DNA of 41,527 nucleotides from an uncultured Dehalococcoidia bacterium (GTDB lineage: Bacteria; Chloroflexota; Dehalococcoidia; Bin125): assembly GCA_964655365.1 (NCBI GenBank), contig CAZZMQ010000008.1, forward strand, positions 1-41,527. Reading direction: 5' to 3'. The stretch's first letter is position 1; every line of letters starts with the position of its first letter. Positions 1 to 8,204 of the stretch are shown here, piece by piece. Below the pieces are notes generated by a model. The model had not been told where the DNA came from, searched no databases, and saw only the letters and a program-made list of their open reading frames with translations. A program made the position numbers and the translations under genes.

Positions 1-519
1 GCCGGGTTGGGCCTCCGAATTCAGCCGTAGTTGGGAGGGATGTACTATTCCGGTCGCCGCCAATCCGAACTTTGGCTCCTCATCGATGATCGTGTGTCCG
101 CCCGCGATCACACCGCCGGCTTCACGTACCTTGTCAGCCCCGCCGACCAGAATCGCCGCCACGATCTCAGTCGGCAGATCTTCCGGGAAGGCCGCGATGT
201 TGAGAGCAAGTAACACTTCCGCGCCCATCGCATACACGTCGTTCAGCGCGTTCGCTGCCGCGATTGCCCCGTACGTATAGGGGTCGTCGACCAGCGGCGC
301 GAAGAAATCCACGGTCTGCACGATTGCCTGGTCTGGGTTTATGAGATATACGGCTGCATCATCGGCCTTATCCAGACCAGCCAGCAAATTGAGGTGCTCG
401 TGCTGAGGGAATGTCTCCCCCAGTTCCCGTAAGACTTTTGCCAGCGCCGCCGGCCCGTATTTAGATCCTCAACCGCCGCAATGTGCGAGCTGAGTCAGTC
501 GAAACTCGTTTGCTGTCAT
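1..519 (-). CDS. selD: Selenophosphate synthetase SelD, N-terminal 173 codons. The 3' end runs off the window. The in-frame TGA at 469..471 is read as selenocysteine.
   Basis: Absent from the ORF track because of the TGA. Manual minus-strand translation from ATG 519..517 gives MTANEFRLTQLAHCGG-U-GSKYGPAALAKVLRELGETFPQHEHLNLLAGLDKADDAAVYLINPDQAIVQTVDFFAPLVDDPYTYGAIAAANALNDVYAMGAEVLLALNIAAFPEDLPTEIVAAILVGGADKVREAGGVIAGGHTIIDEEPKFGLAATGIVHPSQLRLNSEAQPG. The frame is open from 519 to 1 except for that single TGA (codon 17). It is colinear with the E. coli SelD motifs as I recall them: RLTQ, G-x-G-Cys17-G-x-Lys20, DDAAVY, TDFFxPIVDxPxxFGxIAAxNAxSDxxAMG, AGGHSI, FGLAVTG. A GAGAGGA SD-like element lies about 8 nt upstream. 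Confidence 0.85.
440..468 (-). promoter_or_regulatory. Candidate bacterial SECIS region directly 3' of the selD UGA. It contains a small GC hairpin at 440..454.
   Basis: The mRNA after UGA reads GGAUCUAAAUACG GCCGG CGGCG CUGGC AAAAG. Nucleotides +15..+19 pair with +25..+29 (G-C, C-G, C-G, G-U, G-C), and an extra C20-G24 pair is possible. The loop is G-rich. Its position relative to UGA is in the range expected for bSECIS, but the stem is short and I have not folded it computationally. Confidence 0.3.
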
Positions 520-601
520 CGTTCACGTCCTCTCGCCACCGCCACGGGTTCCCTGCTTTTAGACCCTATCGCCTACTCGGCAATATGCGATCCTGCCCGT
601 G

Positions 602-1849
602 CTACTCTTCGTCCAGCGCCGCTCCCGCAACCATGTCCAGAGCCCGTGCCTCGATCGGCGGGTTGTGCAGCGGCGCCCGTACATCGCGATAGTAACGTTC
701 CAATGGTTCACTACGTTGCAATGATTGTCCCCCTACCAAGCGCATGCAGCGATCGACCGCCGCAATTGCCTGGTTGACGACGAAGATCTTCGTCGCCGCG
801 ATCTTGGGCCCCAGCAGCGGGGTCTCGGGCGCATCCCAGTCCTCGGCCGTCTCGAATAGCAGCGCACGCGCCGCTGCCAGATCGATCTCAATTCGACCCA
901 CCTGCTCTCGCACCACTGCCAGTTCGCCGATCGGTTTGTCCAGCCCGCCGGGTGTGCGCGTTCGGGCGAACTTCACGCTGTAATCGCGCGCCGCCTCCGC
1001 CGTTCCCAGCGCCGCCGCCGAGACCAACAGTGCAAACCATCCGGCGCCACCCGGCGGCCGCTTCGACGCGATCTGCTCTGCGAACCGGCCCGACGTCCCC
1101 GCCGGATGACGGAACATCACGTCGTCGTTGCTGACTAGCACGTCGGCGAAATAGACATCGTGCGATCCTGTCGCCCGCAGTCCTAACGTGTCCCATGTCT
1201 CCTCGATGCGGATCCCAGGCAGGTCGCGATGGATGGCCACCCGTGCCCGCTCGTTGGAGCCGTCCTCCACGGCCACGTAGGTTAAGAAATAGTCCAGCAC
1301 CGGTGCTAGCGTCGCGTACGTCTTGTGTCCGTTGATACGCCAGCGTGCATCGCCGTCTGGCGTCATTGTTGTTGCCGGTTTACCACCGCCTTGCGGCGAT
1401 CCCATCTCCGGCTCTGACGCGATCTGGTTTATTAGGGCGCCGTTCTCGGCGGTGTCCTTGAAGATCCGTGCGCGCAGCGACTCTGGCCATGTCCGAGACG
1501 CTGCCTCTCTTCCCACCGACATCATGTGCATCCCCGCCGCATAGGCAGGCGTAGCGTCGGCTCGCGCTATCATGTTTTGCGTCATCACAATGGCCATCAT
1601 GCCGTGGCCACCGCCGCCGTACTCCTTCGGAACCACCGCCCCGAAGTAGCCTACGTTGCGCAGAGCCGTGAAATTCTCGATCGGAAACGAACCTTCACGA
1701 TCGTGAAGTACCGCGCGCTCCTCGAATCCGGCTAAGAGCGGTCGGATCGATTCGAGCAGATCGGCTTGCTCGCGTGTTTTGGGGTAAGGCGGGCGCGGGT
1801 ATTCGTCGTGCATTGCCGACCAGTCTACAGGCGTAAACTCTTCTGGCAC
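602..1849 (-). CDS. Acyl-CoA dehydrogenase family protein (type-2/DszC-like C-terminus)
   Basis: 415-aa ORF with a GTG start. ACAD-like blocks are present (KEYGGGGHGMMAIVMTQ, WRINGHKTYATLAP, LGLRATGSHDVYFADV, C-terminal RYYRDVRAPLHNPP). It lies directly upstream of selD on the same strand with an 82-nt gap. Confidence 0.85.
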   Translation of the reverse strand: MPEEFTPVDWSAMHDEYPRPPYPKTREQADLLESIRPLLAGFEERAVLHDREGSFPIENFTALRNVGYFGAVVPKEYGGGGHGMMAIVMTQNMIARADATPAYAAGMHMMSVGREAASRTWPESLRARIFKDTAENGALINQIASEPEMGSPQGGGKPATTMTPDGDARWRINGHKTYATLAPVLDYFLTYVAVEDGSNERARVAIHRDLPGIRIEETWDTLGLRATGSHDVYFADVLVSNDDVMFRHPAGTSGRFAEQIASKRPPGGAGWFALLVSAAALGTAEAARDYSVKFARTRTPGGLDKPIGELAVVREQVGRIEIDLAAARALLFETAEDWDAPETPLLGPKIAATKIFVVNQAIAAVDRCMRLVGGQSLQRSEPLERYYRDVRAPLHNPPIEARALDMVAGAALDEE

Positions 1850-2007
1850 GGTCCCAGTAGCGTGCTCCGCCCGGTTGCGAAGCGATGGTAGTTTAATGCG
1901 GCAGGGGCTAGGCCATTATAAGCAATTCCGCTGCACTAGTTCAGCAAGGTTGCGCTTGGTGTCCGTAGGCCCGAGGACGTTGCGGTCTCGCGCGTCTGGC
2001 TCTCTGA

Positions 2008-2803
2008 CCAGAACAGCGCTGTGTTGAAGTTTTATCCAGTGGCACACTCAATCGCGTTGGCGCCGCCGGCGGCTCGCGTAACGGGACCCACCTGGACGCC
2101 CAGGGCCGCATCGTGGCCGCCAATGTCGGCGGGCTCGAGGACGAGAGTTCTGGCAGCCCCGCGCTGGGTGGCGCAGGCCCGCTCCAGTGTCGCGACGTCG
2201 AAACGGGGTAAGTAGAGGTGCTTGTTAGCGAGGTCGCTGGCCGGTCGCTGCTCTCATCTAATTGCCCCATCGTTGATTCCGTCGCGAACATCTATTGCTC
2301 CCATTTCACCTCTTGCTCCGGCAGCGACGCCTTCGACGGACGCAAGGATGGTTCCTCTTCCGTTGCAACCTCGACGGATCGGCCGAATTGCCGGCCGACG
2401 AGATTCAGTTCACCAACGGCCTCGCCCGCGACGTCGATGGGTCACTAGGCCCTGCCCAAGACTATGGACCCATACTTGGCATAACCGTTGCCGAAGTTCG
2501 GGGTGAGCGGCCTCTTAGCCCCGAAACACGAGGAATGATCGGCCCGACTGACGGCTGTGGTTTCGATCAGGAAGGCAACCTTTGGGTCGCGCTGTCGATG
2601 CCAAACAAAATCGTCGCCATCACACCCGGCCACGACGTTCAGACCTTGGTCGAAGAGCTCGGGGGGAAGGGCATGCATGCCCCACCAATGCCTCCTGGGG
2701 CGGTGACGGTATGCAGGATCTCTACGTGGGCAGCATTGTGACCGGCTACGTCGTCAAAGCGCGCAGCCGCGTCCCCGGCATGCCCCTGATCCATCAGCGT
2801 TAG
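2008..2803 (+). pseudogene. Decayed SMP-30/gluconolactonase/LRE-like gene (N-terminally truncated, one nonsense codon, at least two frameshifts)
   Basis: Family-like peptides are spread over three frames. (1) RNGTHLDAQGRIVAANVGG...RDVETG-TAA(2209..2211)-VEVLVSEVAGRSLLSSNCPIVDSVANIY. (2) After a shift near 2345: RCNLDGSAELPADEIQFTNGLARDVDGSL...GPTDGCGFDQEGNLWVALSMPNKIVAITP. (3) After a shift near 2680: NASWGGDGMQDLYVGSIVTGYV...PLIHQR-stop at 2803. Confidence 0.55.
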
Positions 2804-2834
2804 CAGCTGTGGTGGTTGTAGGAACTCCGCGCGG

Positions 2835-2864
2835 ATGAAAAGGCCCCGGTGTGAGACCGGGGCC
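2835..2864 (-). terminator. Rho-independent terminator downstream of the HU gene
   Basis: Perfect 8-bp GC stem GGCCCCGG (2842..2849) / CCGGGGCC (2857..2864) with a 7-nt loop. On the minus strand it is followed immediately by TTTTC. It sits 29 nt after the HU stop codon. Confidence 0.65.
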
Positions 2865-2892
2865 GCTTCAATCAACTCGGCGGGCGAATGCC

Positions 2893-3228
2893 CTAGACCA
2901 TGTCTTTCAGCGTCTTCAGTGGGCGCACCTTAACGACATTACGGGCTGGTTTGGCCTTGAAGACCGTCTCCTCGCCCGTGAAAGGGTTCACCCCGGGTCG
3001 GGCCTTGGTGGCTGGTTTGCGCTGCACCTGGAGCTTCATTAGTCCCGCGATATTCACGGTCCCTGGTCCGCTCTTACTGAGGTCCTTCTTGATCACGGCA
3101 CCCAAGGCGTCGAACACTGCCCCTACCTCTTTCCGAGAGAGGTCTGTGTTGTCCGCGATCGTCGTGTACAAGCTTGACTTGGTGCGGGGTGTGTCGGTGG
3201 CCGGGATTTTGTACTTCTTGGCTGCCAA
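2893..3228 (-). CDS. hup: HU/IHF-family nucleoid-associated DNA-binding protein with a short Lys-rich N-terminal tail
   Basis: 111 aa. HU fold pattern: LSRKEVGAVFDALGAVIKKDL...VNIAGLMKLQVQRKPATKARPGVNPFTGEETVFKAKPARNVVKVRPLKTLKD (beta-arm with R-x-G-x-NP-x-TGE). TTG start at 3228 with GGAG about 5-6 nt upstream. Confidence 0.9.
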   Translation of the reverse strand: MAAKKYKIPATDTPRTKSSLYTTIADNTDLSRKEVGAVFDALGAVIKKDLSKSGPGTVNIAGLMKLQVQRKPATKARPGVNPFTGEETVFKAKPARNVVKVRPLKTLKDMV

Positions 3229-3722
3229 ATTGCTTCTCCGTCGCTCTGGATCCAGTTGCTCAGATGCCGACCAGCGGGGCGGACTCCGCCGCCTCGCAAC
3301 TGTTTGTACGCCACCCGTAGTCGTCGCTCAAGTCAGTAGACACCCGTTTTACAGGCAATAACGGAGACCCAGAGGTCTTTGCTGGACAGGGGGCGCCGAT
3401 CACGGGGTTTTTCCTACGACCCACAAGGGCTTATCAAGATCATCTCCGTGTGTAACAGAGAAATCCGGCCAGCAGGATATGAAGACAATGGTGTACCCGC
3501 TTCCTGAGTGGCGAGGTGCCCCTTCGGTCGCCCGTTTGACGGAGATCGCTGGTAGTGCGTCGCCAGAGCATTACTTGCTCTCGGAGAGCAATTCATCGAA
3601 CACCTGATCGATGATGAGAGTGACTTCGGTGATTGTTCCGTACGTTCTGCGGCTGGCCGTGCGGTGTCAGCCCTACACGCGTTCTGCTCGACGAGTCCTT
3701 CCCCGCCACCTGAGTGCTGGCG

Positions 3723-4520
3723 CTAGCTACCCTGGTAGCGCGCTTCGCGCTTCTCGGCGAACGCCAGCGGACCCTCTTTGAAGTCGTCCGTTGCCCGGAT
3801 CGCGGCACTCAGCAGCGACTCCATACGCATCCCCTCCTCGATCGGCATCGACTGGCCTCGGATCGCAGCTTCCTTGATCGCCCGAACCGTCAGTGGCGGT
3901 TCTTGGAGGAAGCGTGCCGCATATGCTCGCGCTGTATCCATCACCTGTGACTGCGGTACGACGGTGTTGACCAGCCCGTGGCGTTCTGCCTCTGCCGCGC
4001 TCATATGCTCGCCCAATAGCAGCATTTCCATCGCTAGCGCGAATGGAAGCTGGCGTGGCAGACGCTGGGTGGCTCCTAGCGTCGGAACGATCCCTCGCCG
4101 CACTTCCGGTAGCCCGAACTCGGCAGTCTCCGACGCCACCCGAATGTCGCACGTGGAAAGCAGCGTTAATCCCGCTCCCAGGCAGTACCCATTGACTGCG
4201 GCGATGATCGGCTTCCAGACATCAAGCCCATCATCGATGTTGGGCTGCGCGCGAGGCTGGAACTGCCGCCAGCGCTCCGTGCCCTCCGCGCCCGGCCGCT
4301 GTGGGATCGACTTTTTTAAGTCCGCGCCCGCACAAAATGCGCGCTCACCTGCCCCGGTTACAATCGCGACCCAGATCTCGGGGTTGTCTCGCACCTCGGT
4401 CCAGGTCTCGGAAAGGGCGCTCAGGGTTTCGGGATCGAGCGCATTCATCGCCTCCGGTCGGTTAATCGTGATCGTCGCCACGCGATCGGCTAGCTCAAAT
4501 AGGACGGGGCTGGTTGTCAT
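3723..4520 (-). CDS. Enoyl-CoA hydratase/isomerase (crotonase) family protein
   Basis: 265 aa. Crotonase motifs present: ITINRPEAMNALD, VTGAGERAFCAGADLK, AAVNGYCLGAGLTL. AGGAAAG SD before the ATG. Confidence 0.9.
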   Translation of the reverse strand: MTTSPVLFELADRVATITINRPEAMNALDPETLSALSETWTEVRDNPEIWVAIVTGAGERAFCAGADLKKSIPQRPGAEGTERWRQFQPRAQPNIDDGLDVWKPIIAAVNGYCLGAGLTLLSTCDIRVASETAEFGLPEVRRGIVPTLGATQRLPRQLPFALAMEMLLLGEHMSAAEAERHGLVNTVVPQSQVMDTARAYAARFLQEPPLTVRAIKEAAIRGQSMPIEEGMRMESLLSAAIRATDDFKEGPLAFAEKREARYQGS

Positions 4521-4546
4521 GGTTCTTTCCTAACGCTCGATCGAAA

Positions 4547-5749
4547 CTACTTCTTGAACGTCGTCAAAAGGTGTGCGGCGATCGTCGACCGCTGCGTCGC
4601 CTCACCCCCCTCGTCGATCCGCCGGAGCCGGAGATCTCGGTACCAGCGCTCAAGTGGAAGATCAGCACTGATGCCAGCGCTGCCATGCAGCTGAATCGTG
4701 CGATCGATAATTGTCGTCGCTGCCGATCCCGCCACGAGTCGGGCCCCCGCTACGCCCGCCGTGGCTCCTGCCTCGCTTGAGTCGAGTGCCTGCGCCGCAG
4801 CCAAATAGAGCCAGCGGCTGGCTCGTAACTCGACCTCGTTGTCGGCCAGTGCCCACTGAGCTCCCTGTTGTGCCGCGATTGGCGTATCGAACTCGCGCCG
4901 TTCGTGGGCTTGTCTGCGCGCCATATCCTGCGCCGCCGAAGCTACTCCTGTCAGTTGTGCGGCCTGGAACACTCGCCGTCGTGTTAGAAACGGTTCCCCC
5001 ATTGTTGCGCCCCCGCCCAACTCGCCGATCAGGTTCTCGGCTGGTAGTCGCAAGTTTGAGAGATTCAGCTCCATTACGTCTTGTCCCCGGCTGAGCGTAC
5101 GGTACGGTCGCCATCGCTGGAGCCCCTCGCGCGTTGACTCGACCACGAACAGGGACACACCCAACGCCGCTCCATCTTCATCCTCCGTATTCGCGAAGAT
5201 CAGTCCGAAGTCCGCCGTTTCCGCCCCCACCACGAATAGCTTTGTTCCGTCGAGCATCCACCCCCCAACACCCCCGCCGTTGCTAATGCGACGTGCCCGG
5301 ATCCGCGTGCCGTCCATTGGCTGCCCTGCCCCTGTCGGGTCCGATAGGCCCACAAACGCGCGCGCTTCCCGACGCAGCAGGGGCCAGAGGAATCGCTCCT
5401 GCTGGTCCTCTTTCGCTGCGTACAACTGCGGCGGCGCGTCCACGCCGAACAGCTCGTAGGAGGGTGAGACCACCCCCGCTCGATGCTGGGACATTTCCTC
5501 CGCCACGCGCGCACGTGTCAGCAGGTCTGGCAGCGCCTCGTCCAGATCCGGCTCACAGAACCCCGGTGCTGTGACCAGATCAGCTAGGCCGCTCGCCTGG
5601 CTCTTAGCGAGTAGATCCGTCCAGGCTTCGCTGGGCAAGGTCACTGCGTCGCTGTCGATCCGCTTTTCCCATAGCCAGATCTCTTTGCGCACGAATCGAC
5701 GCAGTGTCGCTACGGCCAACTTTTGTTCTTCGCTCAGTCGCAGATCCAA
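4547..5749 (-). CDS. Acyl-CoA dehydrogenase family protein
   Basis: 400 aa. TTG start with GAGGAG 8 nt upstream. ACAD-like N-terminus (LSEEQKLAVATLRRFVRKEI) and C-terminal helical domain (IQLHGSAGISADLPLERWYRDLRLRRIDEGGEATQR). It lies 26 nt upstream of the crotonase gene, so probably one operon. Confidence 0.85.
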   Translation of the reverse strand: MDLRLSEEQKLAVATLRRFVRKEIWLWEKRIDSDAVTLPSEAWTDLLAKSQASGLADLVTAPGFCEPDLDEALPDLLTRARVAEEMSQHRAGVVSPSYELFGVDAPPQLYAAKEDQQERFLWPLLRREARAFVGLSDPTGAGQPMDGTRIRARRISNGGGVGGWMLDGTKLFVVGAETADFGLIFANTEDEDGAALGVSLFVVESTREGLQRWRPYRTLSRGQDVMELNLSNLRLPAENLIGELGGGATMGEPFLTRRRVFQAAQLTGVASAAQDMARRQAHERREFDTPIAAQQGAQWALADNEVELRASRWLYLAAAQALDSSEAGATAGVAGARLVAGSAATTIIDRTIQLHGSAGISADLPLERWYRDLRLRRIDEGGEATQRSTIAAHLLTTFKK

Positions 5750-5996
5750 TGGGCACTCCTCGGCACGATGATACTGCGGCGCTGTACGATTGGTTCACAC
5801 CGATCCGAGGCGCGAGGCGGCGTTAGCCGAAGATTCCCGGCGAGGCTAGATCCGGCGCCCCTTCCTTGTCTCTCCGAGGCTGTCTACATAGCCTCAGAGC
5901 AGAAATGGCGCCAGCATGGTGCTCGAATCGCCGGATGCGCCGGTTTTCCGTAGGCTTCCCTAGCGCGAGAATCAGAGCGTCAAAGCGAAGGCTTCC

Positions 5997-7682
5997 ATGG
6001 TTACCACTCCCATCTATGCCATCGCCGATCGCTACGTGGACGAGTTCGCCGCCCTCAACCCGATTGCTGCCACCGGGCTCGGCGTGCCCGGGTACGAAAC
6101 AGAACTGACCGATCATTCCCCGGCCGGGATCGAACGCCGCCATGCTCTCAATACCGAAACCGCCGCGGCTCTGCGCAACGAGCAGCCTGCCAGTGACCGC
6201 GACCGCATAGCACGTGACGTCATGCTGGAGCGCCTTGATTTGGCCGGTGAGTTGTACGGTTCTCGCGATTACCTGCGTGACCTCAATGTCCTGCACTCCC
6301 CCACCCAGGAGATTCGCAGTGTCTTCGACCTCATGCCGCGCGCGACCGTCGTTGACTGGACCAATATTGCGACGCGCATGCGGCGTGTTCCCGCGGCACT
6401 GGAACACGTCCGCACCACGCTCGATGAAGGTATCGCCCAGGGTTGCACCAGCGCTGCCCGTCAGGTGCGTGGCGTTGTCCAGCAGTGTGAGGTCTGGTCC
6501 GGCCAGCGCGAAGATCAGCCCGCCTTCTTTCTGACCCTGATCGACGCTTACGACAAGGCCACCATCGGTGACGCCGCGCTTCGCGCCGAACTCGTCGAAG
6601 GTGCGCAGATCGCCGGCCACGCCTATGCGCTCCATGCTCGCTACCTGCAGGATGACTACCTGCCTCGCGCCGAGCCGCTCGACCCGGTTGGTCGAGAGCG
6701 CTACCAACTCCACGCACGCGCCTTCAACGGCATCGAACTCGATCTTGAGGAGACGTACGCTTGGGGCTGGGAAGAGCTCTGGCGGATTCAGGACCAGATG
6801 CGTGAGACCGCTGAGCGGATCGAGCCTGGAGTATCCGTCGCCGACGCGATCGACCTGCTCAACAATGACGACGCTCATGCCATCGTCGGCGAAGAGGCCT
6901 TCCGCCAGTGGATGCAGGATCTACAGGACGGAACGATCGCGCAGTTCGACGGTCTCCATTTCGACATCCCGGAGCCGGTCAAGACGATAGAGGCGCTGAT
7001 CGCCCCGCCCGGCGGCGCCCTGGCGATGTACTATACTGGCCCTTCTGAAGATTTCTCCCGCCCCGGCCGCACCTGGTACCCGACTGGTGGCAGCATCCGA
7101 TTTCCCACCTGGCGCGAAGTCTCCGTCGCCTATCACGAAGGCGTTCCTGGTCATCATCTCCAGATTGCTCAGACGCGTTATTTGGGCGACGAGCTTAGCC
7201 GCTATCAGCGACTACTGGCTGGCACCTCCGGCTACGTCGAAGGCTGGGCGCTTTACGCTGAACGGCTCATGGCTGAACTCGGTTTCCTCGAATCCCCTGA
7301 CCTCTACATGGGGTTGCTTACCAGTCAGGCCTTACGGGCAGTGCGCGTTGTGATCGACATTGGTATGCATCTCGAGCTCGCCATCCCCGAGCGCGAGCCG
7401 TACCACTCTGGTGAGATTTGGACCCCAGAGCTCGCGCTGCCCTTCCTGATCGAGCGCTCATTCTTTCCCGAGGCCATGCTAACTAGCGAAATCGACCGAT
7501 ACCTTGGCTTTCCCGGCCAGGCGATTAGCTACAAGGTGGGTGAGCGCCTCTGGCTCGAAGCCCGCGAGGCTGCCCGCCAACGCGCCGGTGCCGACTTTGA
7601 TCTCAAGATCTGGCACACCGCCGCCCTTAACCTCGGGCCTATGGGGTTGGCCCAGATGCAGCGTGAGCTGGCCCTGCTCTAG
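5997..7682 (+). CDS. DUF885 family protein (putative metallopeptidase-like)
   Basis: 561 aa. Characteristic HEGVPGHHLQ motif and overall DUF885 length and organisation. Confidence 0.8.
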   Translation: MVTTPIYAIADRYVDEFAALNPIAATGLGVPGYETELTDHSPAGIERRHALNTETAAALRNEQPASDRDRIARDVMLERLDLAGELYGSRDYLRDLNVLHSPTQEIRSVFDLMPRATVVDWTNIATRMRRVPAALEHVRTTLDEGIAQGCTSAARQVRGVVQQCEVWSGQREDQPAFFLTLIDAYDKATIGDAALRAELVEGAQIAGHAYALHARYLQDDYLPRAEPLDPVGRERYQLHARAFNGIELDLEETYAWGWEELWRIQDQMRETAERIEPGVSVADAIDLLNNDDAHAIVGEEAFRQWMQDLQDGTIAQFDGLHFDIPEPVKTIEALIAPPGGALAMYYTGPSEDFSRPGRTWYPTGGSIRFPTWREVSVAYHEGVPGHHLQIAQTRYLGDELSRYQRLLAGTSGYVEGWALYAERLMAELGFLESPDLYMGLLTSQALRAVRVVIDIGMHLELAIPEREPYHSGEIWTPELALPFLIERSFFPEAMLTSEIDRYLGFPGQAISYKVGERLWLEAREAARQRAGADFDLKIWHTAALNLGPMGLAQMQRELALL

Positions 7683-7697
7683 CATCCAACGAGGTCA

Positions 7698-8006
7698 CTA
7701 CGCTGGTCCGATACGAACCGACTCCGTCCCTGCTTGCACCGGCATGATCGCTCCCTCCTCGAGCGGTTTCTCCAGGGAGTTCTTCGGCAGACCAGTGCTG
7801 ATTGGTCCTGCGTAGATCTCCGTGTCAATCGAGAGCACTAGGTCGCGTGTGTAGACCAGTGGGACTGCTCCGATCTGCACTCGAATGTTCGCCTCGTGTA
7901 CCATGCACCCTGTCTGTCCCACGGACCCAGTTTTCACGTGCACCCGCATTGGCCCGTTGAGGTCACGCAGGTGGATCTTGCCCCTGCGCGTTTTCCCCTG
8001 CCCCAT
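7698..8006 (-). CDS. Hypothetical protein, 102 aa, family not recognised
   Basis: The ORF is convergent with DUF885 (15-nt gap). Codon third-position GC looks coding-like. I recognise no motif. A perfect 9-bp inverted repeat lies 5 nt upstream of the ATG. Confidence 0.45.
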   Translation of the reverse strand: MGQGKTRRGKIHLRDLNGPMRVHVKTGSVGQTGCMVHEANIRVQIGAVPLVYTRDLVLSIDTEIYAGPISTGLPKNSLEKPLEEGAIMPVQAGTESVRIGPA

Positions 8007-8011
8007 TCTTT

Positions 8012-8037
8012 CTGGGCAGGGTGAGCCTCCTGCCCAG
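8012..8037. repeat. Perfect inverted repeat CTGGGCAGG-N8-CCTGCCCAG (candidate operator or 5'-UTR hairpin)
   Basis: Read directly: arms at 8012..8020 and 8029..8037 are exact reverse complements. It lies in the divergent region between the 102-aa ORF (start 8006) and the CoA-transferase operon (start 8205). On the minus strand it embeds AGGAGG. Confidence 0.5.
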
Positions 8038-8204
8038 GGGGATGTTTTCCACTCGTGTTCATAGGCGTTGCAGCCTGTCGAAAGGGGCTCATGCTGCCGG
8101 TGGTTGCGTCTTCGTTTCTAAGGCAAACAGGCGATAGCCTCCACATTCGTACCGATATGGTACCGAACGGCTCGGCGGCAGTGCCGCGTGTCGGGGAGCG
8201 ATAT

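Noticed and set aside
3455-3470. ACAGAGAAATCCGGCC, reminiscent of the RNase P RNA ACAGAAnCCGGCUUA conserved region
   Set aside because: The partner GAGGAAAGUCCGG element is not present at the expected distance on either strand; that position falls inside the HU gene. The match is also only partial.
5823-6878. 351-aa minus-strand ORF
   Set aside because: It is antisense to the DUF885 gene and has no recognisable motifs. The same reasoning applies to other shadow ORFs, such as 12658..13647 (-), 9413..10069 (-), 17313..18059 (-), 32066..32842 (-), 35504..36358 (-), 3778..4533 (+), 31146..31991 (+) and 15435..16088 (+).
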